From assembly GCF_000008565.1 (NCBI RefSeq), contig NC_001263.1, positions 2,033,533-2,065,532 on the forward strand: 32,000 bases of DNA. Direction: 5' to 3'. The stretch comes from Deinococcus radiodurans R1 = ATCC 13939 = DSM 20539 (GTDB lineage Bacteria > Deinococcota > Deinococci > Deinococcales > Deinococcaceae). Below the pieces are notes generated by a model, which saw only the letters and a program-made list of their open reading frames with translations, was not told the origin of the DNA and searched no databases. Shown in pieces: positions 10,389 through 20,805 of the stretch. Every line of letters starts with the position of its first letter. Position 1 is the stretch's first letter. Both the position numbers and the translations under genes were made by a program.

Positions 10389-10744
10389 TCAGGTTGGTGA
10401 CGCGTAGGGTCGTCCAGGTGTCATCAGGGAAGCCATGGTGCAGGGCGCCCTCCCGCAGGAAGGTGCGAAGCTGCTCGTGTTGCGTCGCGCTCAGACGTGC
10501 AGAAGCGCCACGGGCAACGGTGGCCTGAAGGCCACCGTTACGCTTCAGGCGGGCTTTCCAGGTGTACACGGTGTGTACCGACACGCCGAAGTGCTGAGCA
10601 ATCTCTCGGTTTCGATGCGTCCCTCGTTCAATCCATTCAAGCGCGGCCAAGCGGCGCTCCTCAAGCTGAGCGCGGGAATACTGGGTCGGCTGCCATCCGG
10701 GCATACGGCCAGCTTACCAATTCATACCTACACCGTTATCAATA
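9697..10744 (-). mobile_element. IS630-family insertion sequence (about 1044 bp plus duplicated TA)
   Basis: Imperfect ~33-bp terminal inverted repeats: 9696 CTATTGATCGCGGCGTAGATTTGAGTCGATAAG versus the reverse complement of 10713-10745, CTATTGATAACGGTGTAGGTATGAATTGGTAAG. TA on both sides. The reconstructed target is CTAG. Encodes an HTH orfA and a DDE orfB. Confidence 0.85.
10219..10704 (-). CDS. IS630-family transposase, N-terminal HTH part (orfA)
   Basis: 161 aa. Contains a winged-helix/HTH-like region (NREIAQHFGVSVHTVYTWKARLKRNG). Ends just after the A8 run. Confidence 0.8.
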   Translation of the reverse strand: MPGWQPTQYSRAQLEERRLAALEWIERGTHRNREIAQHFGVSVHTVYTWKARLKRNGGLQATVARGASARLSATQHEQLRTFLREGALHHGFPDDTWTTLRVTNLIGRHFDVWYHHDHVRKILRRLGFTPQMPDGRAAERNELRIASWKEQVAPELEKKGR

Positions 10745-10875
10745 GAGCATTTGCCAAAAAGATGGCACAGCATTTTGGCGAGCGGAGCGAGGACAAAACA
10801 CTGAGCAGGACGGAGAATGGAGCGGGTGGCGGTGCTGTTCCGACGCACGCGTAATTCGGAGGACTGCTCTAAGCT
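10745..10875. repeat. second, more degenerate SNR-like repeat abutting the IS
   Basis: Begins GAGCATTTGCCAAAAAGA, the same terminus as the 8805-8908 element. Contains GAGCGGAGCGAG, also found at ~19771, and ends near GGACTGCTCTA. The right boundary is uncertain. Confidence 0.45.
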
Positions 10876-10880
10876 CAGGC

Positions 10881-11435
10881 ATGAAACACAAACGCTTCGA
10901 TTACCTGCACTGGCACCGCATCCGCGAGGGCAGCGGCGAGCAAACGGTGCTGTCGCTGCCGGGCGGCGTCCTCACCGACTTTCAGGCGGCGGAAGTGACC
11001 AAGCCGCTGCGGGTGGCCTGCTGTGGACAGCAGCGGCTGATTCTGGCCGACGGCTACCGTTGGGTCAATTTCGCGCCTACCGACAAACACCACGCCCTGA
11101 TGGTGCAACTCGACGAACGCAACGTGCCGCAACAGCTTTACGTGGACATCGGCCTGTCGACTGGACTTGACCCGGACGGCATCGCTTTTATCGAAGACCT
11201 TTACCTCGATGTCATTGCCCTGTGCGACGTGCAACCGGATGGCCGCTGGCATGTCACCGAGACGGAAATCATCGACGTGGACGAACTCGAAGACGCCCTG
11301 CGCGAAGGTCAAGTCACGCCCGCGCAGTATGACCTCGCCTGGGCGGAGGCCCGCGCTGTAGAGGCAGCGTTGCAGGCACAGACCTTCGGGCCAGTGGACG
11401 TGGTGCGCGGTTACCTGACCGACCCGTATACTTGA
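10881..11435 (+). CDS. DUF402 family protein (FomD/Ntdp-like nucleoside di/triphosphatase fold)
   Basis: 184 aa. W.......H..........YVDI..........I...DLYLDV pattern is typical of DUF402. The antisense ORF 10875..12077 is a shadow. Confidence 0.6.
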   Translation: MKHKRFDYLHWHRIREGSGEQTVLSLPGGVLTDFQAAEVTKPLRVACCGQQRLILADGYRWVNFAPTDKHHALMVQLDERNVPQQLYVDIGLSTGLDPDGIAFIEDLYLDVIALCDVQPDGRWHVTETEIIDVDELEDALREGQVTPAQYDLAWAEARAVEAALQAQTFGPVDVVRGYLTDPYT

Positions 11436-11468
11436 ACCGAGTCCAAATTCATCCCAGCGAGGTTCCCT

Positions 11469-11948
11469 ATGACGCAAGCTACCCTGCCCGCTCCCGCCGT
11501 TCAGGCCGTGAAAGCCGCCCTGCACGCCATTCCCATGAACGCCACCGTGGGCGTCCAGATCACCGATGTCGGCCTCGGCTGGGCGAGCGGCGAGTGCCCC
11601 GACACCCCGCCCTTTCGCAACCACCTGGGCACCATTCATGCTGGAGCGCAGTTCCTGCTCGCCGAGGCGGTCAGCGGGGCAGCCTTCGCGGGCGCCTTCG
11701 TGCAGTACGTCGGCGAGGCGGTGCCGCTCATCGAGAAGCTCGAAACGCACTACGTGGGCCGCGCCGTGGGCGACCTGACCGCCCGCGCCGAGATCGACCC
11801 CGCCGCGCTGCCCGCCGCCTACGCCGAGTACCAGGCCGATGGCCGCGCCCGGCTGCCCGTCAAGGTGACGGTCAAAGACGGCGAGGACAAGCCGGTGATG
11901 GAAGCGCAGGCGCACTGGTACCTGCGCCGCCGCCCGCAGGACAAATAA
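11469..11948 (+). CDS. hotdog-fold thioesterase (PaaI / DUF4442-like)
   Basis: 159 aa. N..GT.HAGA...LAE..SG.A motif is typical of PaaI-type thioesterases. Confidence 0.65.
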   Translation: MTQATLPAPAVQAVKAALHAIPMNATVGVQITDVGLGWASGECPDTPPFRNHLGTIHAGAQFLLAEAVSGAAFAGAFVQYVGEAVPLIEKLETHYVGRAVGDLTARAEIDPAALPAAYAEYQADGRARLPVKVTVKDGEDKPVMEAQAHWYLRRRPQDK

Positions 11949-11975
11949 GTGAGTCAGGCCAGGGGCCGGTTTTCC

Positions 11976-12005
11976 TTGACCTGGCCCCTGCCTCTGGGCT
12001 AATGT
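11976..12005 (+). promoter_or_regulatory. candidate promoter for tRNA-Ser
   Basis: TTGACC - 18 nt - TAATGT, ending ~43 nt upstream of the tRNA 5' end. Confidence 0.4.
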
Positions 12006-12047
12006 GTCTGCCGCTGCTGTGAACGGGATGACTTCCCAATCAGCCGT

Positions 12048-12137
12048 GGAACGGTGTCCGAGTGGTTGAAGGAGCACGCCTGGAAAGCGTGTATAGGGGC
12101 AACTCTATCGAGGGTTCGAATCCCTCTCGTTCCGCCA
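12048..12137 (+). tRNA. tRNA-Ser (anticodon GGA), long variable arm, CCA encoded
   Basis: GGAACGGTGTCCGAGTGGTTGAAGGAGCACGCCTGGAAAGCGTGTATAGGGGCAACTCTATCGAGGGTTCGAATCCCTCTCGTTCCGCCA. Anticodon arm CACGC-CTGGAAA-GCGTG. Confidence 0.95.
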
Positions 12138-12156
12138 AAACAGAGAAAAGAGAAAG

Positions 12157-12190
12157 AAGACCGCCTGTTTGAGCGCGGTCTTTTTCTTTG
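12157..12190 (+). terminator. rho-independent terminator after tRNA-Ser
   Basis: AAGACCGC (12157-12164) / GCGGTCTT (12175-12182) followed by TTTTTCTTT. Confidence 0.7.
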
Positions 12191-12266
12191 TGCCGTGCTC
12201 CTCTCCTCATACGGTTTCAAATTGAGTCCCGGGCATGTCCGGGCGCAATTTTGCGCGGAGCGCATG

Positions 12267-12343
12267 GAAAAAATACGGTTTTAAGGAGATGGACGGTCAT
12301 CCGGCGCCTTTCCGGATGTTCGGGAATCGGATTAAAACCGTAT
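12267..12343 (-). terminator. large compound hairpin plus U-run downstream of the MFS gene
   Basis: On the minus strand ATACGGTTTTAA (12343-12332) pairs with TTAAAACCGTAT (12284-12273), a 12-bp stem, and is followed by TTTTTT. The loop contains a second hairpin, CATCCGG..CCGGATG. Confidence 0.5.
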
Positions 12344-13538
12344 CAGCCGACGGGTTGCCGGTTCGACGCCCCCACGGCGCCCGCCCGCCACGCGCTCAGC
12401 AGTGGCAGCAGCGCCAGCGCCGCGCACACATAGGCGAGCGCCGGAAAGCCCGACCGCGCAATCACCACGCCGCCGAGCAGGGTTCCGGCGCCTGCCGCCA
12501 CGTATCCCAGGCCATCGGTGACGCCCTGCGCGGCGGGAAAGCGGGCCATTTCCTTGCTGCCGCTCACGTTGACGAGGTTCCAACCCAGCCCGAGCAGGAA
12601 CATGCTCACGCCCAGCCACGCGTGCCCCGGCAGCACCGAAGTCAGGGCGGCGGCGGCGAGCAGCAGGGCGCCCGCCACGTAGCCCGGACGCACGCCCACC
12701 CGGTCGATGAGGGGGCCGGTCAGCCAGCCGAAGCCGAACATGCCCACCACGTGCCCGGTGATGATGGTCGCGATACCGGTGTGGTCCATGCCCATGTCGT
12801 GGGCGCGGTGGGGCGTCAGGCTCATCAGCGTGACCATCAGCCCCTGCGCGGTCGCGAGCGCGAGCGCCGTGCTGCGGACGCCGGGCAGGGCAAACGCTTC
12901 ACGCAGCGGCAACCGGGCGTGTGCCGCCGTGCCGGGCGCCCGCAAAGGCCGCCACGCCAGCATCAGCAGGGCGGCGATCCCCAGCAGGGCGCCTCCCAGC
13001 AGCCAGCCGAAGACCTCCGCCGTGGTGCCGAGCGCTGCCGCTGCCCGCTCGATGGGGTGCGAGAAGCCCGTCATCAGGAAGGAGCCCACCACGCTCATCA
13101 GCATCAGGGCGCCCAGCGCGGTGCCGCGCCGCGATTCGGGCACGCTCTCGGCCACCGCGTAGCCGCCTGCTGGTAGCCGCCCTGCGCCGCGCCCATCAGC
13201 GCCGCCCCGACCAGAAAGACCGGCAGCGACTCCAGCTTACCCCCGGCAAACCCGACCACCGCGCCGAGTGCCCCCACCGTAAAAGCGAGGCCCAGCCCCA
13301 GTCGCCGCCCGCGCGCGAGCATCAGCGCGCCGAACAGCCCCGCCGAGAGCGCCGCCGACGTGCTGATGAGGGTGGACGGCAGCCCCACCAGCGACTCGAA
13401 GCCGAGGTTGCCGACCACCAGCGCAGCCAGGATGGTGCTGACATTGACCGCGCCCGTGGCGAGGGCCTGCGCGGCGTAGAGCGGAAACAGCCGCCCCAGG
13501 TTGAGGGAGGCGGCTGGGGCGGCGGCGGAATCGGTCAC
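12343..13538 (-). pseudogene. MFS transporter, reading frame broken by an apparent 1-nt frameshift near 13155-13175
   Basis: ORF 13104..13538 (N-terminal TM helices, ...GAAQGGYQQAA) and ORF 12343..13155 (AESVPESRRGTALGALMLMSVVG...) are consecutive halves of one 12-TM MFS protein in frames offset by one. The junction would read ...QQA(R)YAVAESVPE..., which fits the conserved MFS loop motif. Confidence 0.7.
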
Positions 13539-13568
13539 GAGGCCAGTGTAGTCCGGCGGGCGTTCAGG

Positions 13569-13997
<429 letters not shown>

Positions 13998-14072
13998 CTG
14001 TCTTCCTCCTGTCGATGCTTGGTTTCTCCGGCATTCTAACGGGCGTTAGGCATGCCGGGGCAAGACACCACA

Positions 14073-14102
14073 ACGCCGCCCCTCGTTCGGAAGGGCGGCC
14101 TC
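14073..14102 (-). terminator. hairpin downstream of the glutamine synthetase gene
   Basis: GCCGCCC / GGGCGGC stem with an 11-nt loop. On the minus strand it is followed by GTTGTGGTGTCTTG (weak U-tract). Confidence 0.4.
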
Positions 14103-14117
14103 TTTGGTCGGAAAGGA

Positions 14118-16277
<2,160 letters not shown>

Positions 16278-16572
16278 GGGACTCCTGTAAGGGGAAACAG
16301 AGGGAAAAAGGCTCAAAGACGGGAAACCTGACTGCGGGCTGAAGTATAGGCGCCCGTCTGAGCAGCGGCGAAGATTGTCCTGCACAACTTTAACCCAAAC
16401 AGCAACATTTCGCAGAAAAAGGCAGGCTTTTTGCAAATTGTTCGCCATTGAGTGACAGGATGTGCAGTTTGGTTCGCACAACTCCGTGAGTGGCCGTCAT
16501 TCGGTGCGCTGTGTCGGCGACAGAGTGAGCAGAACGCCTCTTCATGAGCGGCGGAGGCGTACACTCGGGGGC

Positions 16573-17376
16573 GTGCTGAACCTGCTGCGCCGCCCCGCCG
16601 TGACTGCCGCCGACCTTGACCGGGGACTGGATTCGCTCGGCCTCGACGGAACGCAGAACGTGATTGTCCACGCCAGCCTGCGCTCGTTCGGGCAGCTCGA
16701 AGGCGGCGCACGGACGGTGGTGGACGAACTGGAGCGGCGGACCTCGACGCTGGTCGCCCCGGCCTTTACCTACGCGACGCTGCTCTCGCGCCCGAGTTCG
16801 CCGGTGCGGGCGAGCTTCAACCGCGACTCGCGGGTCAGCCGCGACATTGGCCGGGTGCCGCAGGAAATGGTCGAGCGGGCGGCGGCGCGGCGGTCCTTTC
16901 ACCCGGCGCTGAGCTTCGTGGCGCTCGGTCAGGAGGCCGAGCGGGTCACAGCGGCTCAGACCCTCGACAGCCCTTACCAGCCCATCGGGGCGCTGTACGA
17001 CCTGGACGGCTACGCGCTGCTGATGGGCGTGGATTTCGGGTCGAACACCACCGTCCACTACGGCGAACACCTTGCCGGAATGCCGCTGCTCACGCGCTGG
17101 GTGCCGCTGGACGGTCAGGTCTCCCCCACCGCCTTTCCCAACTGCTCGGCGGACTTCGCCAATCTCGAACCCTACGTGCGCGGGCGCGAGGTGCAGGTCG
17201 GCCCCGCCACGCTGCGGCTCTACCGGGTGCGCGACCTGGTGGACGAAACGGTGCGGCTGCTGTCGCACAACCCGGAAGCGCTGCTGTGCCAGATTCGCGG
17301 CTGCCGTTGCCAGCAGGTGCGCGAACTCGTCCGCGAAAACGGCCTGCGCCCCCGCCATCACCAGGGTCTGCTCTAG
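16573..17376 (+). CDS. AAC(3)-family aminoglycoside N-acetyltransferase-like protein
   Basis: Inside ORF 16462..17376, GTG at 16573 chosen. ...VIVHASLRSFG...APAFTY...GRVPQ...HPALSF.A.G....., ...LLMGV....NTTVHYGEH matches the AAC(3) pattern. The exact start is uncertain. Confidence 0.7.
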   Translation: MLNLLRRPAVTAADLDRGLDSLGLDGTQNVIVHASLRSFGQLEGGARTVVDELERRTSTLVAPAFTYATLLSRPSSPVRASFNRDSRVSRDIGRVPQEMVERAAARRSFHPALSFVALGQEAERVTAAQTLDSPYQPIGALYDLDGYALLMGVDFGSNTTVHYGEHLAGMPLLTRWVPLDGQVSPTAFPNCSADFANLEPYVRGREVQVGPATLRLYRVRDLVDETVRLLSHNPEALLCQIRGCRCQQVRELVRENGLRPRHHQGLL

Positions 17377-17386
17377 CCCCTCAGCC

Positions 17387-17983
17387 ATGTTCCTGCTGCG
17401 TCCGCCCACGCCCGCCCAGGTCGCCGCTTTCGTGGCCCGCAGCCGCGAGCAGGCGCCGAGCTACGCCGAAACCGGCTGGAGCCTGGACGGACGCACGCCT
17501 GACTGGGCACGCTCCGGGCGTCACCGCGTCCGGGTGGGCGAGGGAGAAGCGTGCTGGGAGCGGGCCAAAGCCGCGCTGCGGGGCGGCCAGATGTTTCAGG
17601 ACTGGGTGCTGAGGCCACACGGGGAGGCGTCCACACCGCTCTCCCGGCAGGGTGCCACAGTGGTGCTCCTCGTCCGCCACTTCGGGCCGTGGGGACGCAG
17701 GAAATGGGGCCTGTACAGCCTGATGACCAACCGGGTCCTGTACCTCGTGGACGAACCGGACCGCTACGGCTTCGGCTACGGCACCCTGCCGGGCCACCTC
17801 GTGCGCGGCGAGGAGCGGTTTTTGCTCGAACGGGACGCCGGGGGCGCAGTCTGGTTCGACCTCACCACCTTTTCCCGCGCCGCGCTGCCCTTTTCGCGGT
17901 TCGCGCAACCCCTCGTGGGGGCGGCGCAGCGGCGGGGCGCACGGCACTACGCGCGGATGCTGGTACGGGCGGCGGGGTGCTGA
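17387..17983 (+). CDS. DUF1990 family protein
   Basis: Inside ORF 17072..17983. ATG at 17387 lies 11 nt after the upstream stop. ...[20 protein letters not shown] is typical of DUF1990. Confidence 0.65.
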   Translation: MFLLRPPTPAQVAAFVARSREQAPSYAETGWSLDGRTPDWARSGRHRVRVGEGEACWERAKAALRGGQMFQDWVLRPHGEASTPLSRQGATVVLLVRHFGPWGRRKWGLYSLMTNRVLYLVDEPDRYGFGYGTLPGHLVRGEERFLLERDAGGAVWFDLTTFSRAALPFSRFAQPLVGAAQRRGARHYARMLVRAAGC

Positions 17984-18046
17984 GGAGAAGGCCCACCCCC
18001 CGACCCTGAAGCGCTTCCAATCCCCGGAACCCTTACAATCCCCGGC

Positions 18047-19705
18047 ATGACCCAGGCACACCCGGAGTGGTACAAGAGCGCTGTCTTCTACGAACTGTCC
18101 GTGCGGACCTTTCAGGACGGCAACGGCGACGGCAAGGGCGATTTTCCCGGCCTGACCTCGCGGCTGGACTACCTGAAAAACCTCGGCGTGGACTGCCTGT
18201 GGTTGCTGCCCTGGTTTCCCAGCCCACTGCGCGACGACGGGTACGACGTGGCCGACTACCGGGGGATTCACCCTGACCTCGGCACGCTCGACGACTTCAA
18301 GGTCTTTCTGCGCGAAGCCCACGCCCGGGGCCTGCGGGTCATCGGCGACCTGGTGACCAACCACACGTCCAGCGACCACCCCTGGTTTCAGGCGGCGCGG
18401 CGCGGCCCGACCCTGCCCGACGGCTCGCCCAACGAGTACCACGACTACTACGTCTGGAGCGACGAGGGCAAGGAATACGCCGACACCCGCATCATCTTCA
18501 CCGACACCGAGGTCAGCAACTGGACGCTCGACGAGCAGGCAGGCAAGTATTACTGGCACCGCTTTTTCGCCAGCCAGCCGGACCTGAACTACGACAACCC
18601 GAAAGTGGTGGAAGAACTTCACGGCGCCGCCCGCTTCTGGCTCGACCTCGGCCTCGACGGGTTCCGGGTGGACGCCGTGCCCTACCTCATCGAGCGCGAG
18701 GGCACGAGCTGCGAGAATCTGCCCGAAACACACGAGATTCTCAAGGGCTTCCGGGCGATGGTGGACCGCGAGTATCCGGGGCGGCTGCTGCTTGCCGAGG
18801 CGAACCAGTGGCCCGAGGAAGTCGTCGAGTACTTCGGCACCGAAGCCGAGCCCGAGTTCCACATGTGCTTCAACTTCCCGGTGATGCCCCGGCTGTACAT
18901 GAGCCTGAAAAGGGAGGACACCTCCAGCATCCGCGAGATCATGGGCCGCCTGCCGAAAATCCCGAGTTTCGGCCAGTGGTGCACCTTCCTGCGCAACCAC
19001 GACGAACTGACGCTGGAAATGGTCACCGACGACGAGCGCGCCTTCATGTATGCCGCCTACGCGCCCGACGCCCGCATGAAAATCAACGTGGGCATCCGCC
19101 GTCGCCTCGCGCCGCTGCTCGACAACGACCGGCGCCGCATCGAGCTGCTGAACACTGTGCTCCTCGCCCTGCCCGGCAGCCCCATCCTGTACTACGGCGA
19201 CGAAATCGGCATGGGCGACGACCTCGGCCTGCCCGACCGCAACGGCGTGCGCACCCCGATGCAGTGGAACGCGGGCACCAGCGGCGGTTTTTCCACTGCG
19301 CAGCCCTCCGACTGCTTTTTCCCGCCGATTCAGGACCCGGTGTACGGCTTCGGGCGCGTCAACGTGCAGAGCCAGCTCCAAGACCCCAGCAGCCTGCTGA
19401 AGTGGACCGCCCGGCAACTCGAACTGCGCCGCGCCCACCCCGCCTTTGCGCACGGCGACCTCACCTTCATCGAAACCGGCAACCCCGCCATCCTCGCCTT
19501 TACCCGCCAGTACGACGGCGAAACGCTGCTCATCGTCAGCAACTTCGCGGGCAACGCCCAGGCCGGGCTGCTCGATCTCGCGCCCTTCGTGGGCCGCGCC
19601 CCGGTCACACTTTCCGGGGCCAGCCCGCTGCCGGTGGTCACTGGAAACGGCCAGTACCCGGTGGTGATGGGCAAGTACGACTATTACTGGCTGCGGTTGA
19701 ATTGA
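18047..19705 (+). CDS. treS: trehalose synthase (maltose alpha-D-glucosyltransferase), GH13
   Basis: 552 aa. [23 protein letters not shown]...LDYL..LGV..LWLLP...[30 protein letters not shown] and [11 protein letters not shown] are GH13/TreS signatures. The antisense ORF 17381..19711 is a shadow. Confidence 0.92.
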   Translation: MTQAHPEWYKSAVFYELSVRTFQDGNGDGKGDFPGLTSRLDYLKNLGVDCLWLLPWFPSPLRDDGYDVADYRGIHPDLGTLDDFKVFLREAHARGLRVIGDLVTNHTSSDHPWFQAARRGPTLPDGSPNEYHDYYVWSDEGKEYADTRIIFTDTEVSNWTLDEQAGKYYWHRFFASQPDLNYDNPKVVEELHGAARFWLDLGLDGFRVDAVPYLIEREGTSCENLPETHEILKGFRAMVDREYPGRLLLAEANQWPEEVVEYFGTEAEPEFHMCFNFPVMPRLYMSLKREDTSSIREIMGRLPKIPSFGQWCTFLRNHDELTLEMVTDDERAFMYAAYAPDARMKINVGIRRRLAPLLDNDRRRIELLNTVLLALPGSPILYYGDEIGMGDDLGLPDRNGVRTPMQWNAGTSGGFSTAQPSDCFFPPIQDPVYGFGRVNVQSQLQDPSSLLKWTARQLELRRAHPAFAHGDLTFIETGNPAILAFTRQYDGETLLIVSNFAGNAQAGLLDLAPFVGRAPVTLSGASPLPVVTGNGQYPVVMGKYDYYWLRLN

Positions 19706-19895
19706 AGCCAATTGCGGTTGAATCGCTCACCCTGAGCGATGAAACCCGACTTGTAAAGCTGCTCAGCAGAGCGGAGCGAGAAGCAAAGAAGACGTGCTGC
19801 GGGACTTGTAAAGCTGCGAAGCAGAGATGGACTGAAATCCAGTTCTGTTCTGGATTTTAGGGAATCGGACGCGGTACGTCTGAAGCCAAACAAAG
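19706..19895. repeat. non-coding region built of short direct and inverted repeats (SNR-like mosaic)
   Basis: TGCGGTTGAAT x2 (19690s and 19716s). Hairpin ATCGCTCA-CCC-TGAGCGAT. A ~30-bp direct repeat GACTTGTAAAGCTGC..AGCAGAG..GGA at 19748 and 19803. Hairpin AAATCCAG..CTGGATTT. It shares GAGCGGAGCGAG with 10745-10875 and GGGAATCGGA with 12320s. Confidence 0.5.
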
Positions 19896-19935
19896 AAGCG
19901 CCTCCCCGCCTGTTTCCAGCGGCAGGGAGGCGCTT
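19896..19935. terminator. strong hairpin terminator between convergent treS and the minus-strand cluster
   Basis: 11-bp stem AAGCGCCTCCC / GGGAGGCGCTT. On the minus strand it is followed by CTTTGTTTGG. Confidence 0.65.
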
Positions 19936-19947
19936 TCTGTGGCCCAA

Positions 19948-20058
19948 CTACTTCAGCACGCCCATCCACACCAGCGCGCCCCAGATCAGCAGCGGCCCGA
20001 TGCAGATGCCCGCCACCAGTTTGAAGATGCGCCAGAGGTCGGTCAGCAGTTCACGCAT
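19948..20058 (-). CDS. candidate 36-aa membrane micro-protein
   Basis: Not in the ORF track (under 60 aa). Minus strand ATG at 20058 reads [36 protein letters not shown]-stop. High GC3, one TM helix, sits between the upstream gene stop (20071) and the terminator. No good SD. Confidence 0.35.
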   Translation of the reverse strand: MRELLTDLWRIFKLVAGICIGPLLIWGALVWMGVLK

Positions 20059-20070
20059 GGGCCGAGGCTA

Positions 20071-20802
20071 TCAGTCCTCGGTTGCCGAAACCGTTATCCA
20101 TTCCCAGCGCGGCAGGTCTTCGCAGAGGACTTCCAGAAAATGCGACTCGGAAATGATGAGCAGGTGGCGATACCGGGGTTTGGCAAGCATCTGCTGGCGC
20201 ATGTCCTCTTTGCGCCGTGCCACCTCCTCCTCAAATTCGGCCTGCTGCTCTGGCGTCGGCCCGGCTTCACCTGTCCAGAAGAAAACTGGATGATGGCCGC
20301 TCTCCTCCAGCCCCGCGCCAGGTGAAAAAAACCGGCCCGTGCCCTTTCCCGTCGCCCAGTCCAGCACCGGCTCACCATAAGGCGGGAAAACGTCGGTATT
20401 CCCGTTCTGTTCCAGAATCTGCTCAATCCAGGGGTTGGGGTCACTGACTATTTCCACGAAAGGACCGGACGCGGCGCGGGCGGCCTGATAGCCCTTTTCA
20501 GCGGCGAAAATCGGCCCGGCATAGAACTCTTCATAACTTTCCAGGGCAAAAATGCGGCCTTTCCAGGTGAGGCGTAGAGCGCGGCTGTGCTAAAGCGGCC
20601 ACTGGTTCTCTGGGACAGAGACATCACCCGCAGGCTGAAAGCCCTCATAGCTCACGTCCACGATCAGCGTTTTGCTGTGGTGGTGGCGTAGGTCGGTCCG
20701 CAGAATGAAAAAGGGCCAGGTCAGTTCCTGCGCCGCCTCTCTCAACCCCTCATCCGGCCAGGGCGCAAACTCCGAACGGGCATAGCGCTCACGCCGGGTC
20801 AT
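20071..20802 (-). pseudogene. 243-codon hypothetical reading frame interrupted by one in-frame TAG (20590-20592); otherwise two ORFs of 70 and 128 aa
   Basis: ORF 20590..20802 and ORF 20071..20457 are in the same frame, and the 132 nt between them is also open in that frame. The ATG at 20802 lies 3 nt after the ParA-like stop. No family recognised. GC3 is visibly lower than in neighbours. Confidence 0.5.
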
Positions 20803-20805
20803 GGG

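Noticed and set aside
12195-12266. Extra palindromes upstream of the MFS terminator structure: ATACGGTTT third copy, CCCGGGCATGTCCGGG and GCGCAATTTTGCGC. Considered as a separate mobile repeat.
   Set aside because: Most of the symmetry in 12267-12343 is explained by a compound terminator hairpin. The remaining short palindromes may belong to an SNR-type element, but I cannot establish boundaries or copy number without a genome-wide search.
13998-14072. Possible cobalamin riboswitch upstream of the B12-binding subunit gene.
   Set aside because: Only ~75 nt separate the glnN terminator from the start codon, far too short for a B12 riboswitch. The region is better explained by a TAGAAT -10-like box and a GGAGGAAG SD.
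16278-16572. 295-nt divergent intergenic region between glnN and the AAC(3)-like gene. Contains a direct repeat GCACAACT (~16383 and ~16474) and a weak AAAAAG..CTTTTT hairpin. Considered as a nitrogen-regulator operator or a glutamine riboswitch.
   Set aside because: I could not find a TnrA/GlnR-type TGTNA-N7-TNACA site or the conserved glnA-RNA motif core by eye. The repeats are short enough to occur by chance. Left as unexplained promoter DNA.
20448-20648. 66-aa minus-strand ORF bridging the two halves of the interrupted gene.
   Set aside because: It is out of frame with both flanking ORFs and Arg/Ser/Pro-rich. The third frame, open apart from one TAG, explains the region better.
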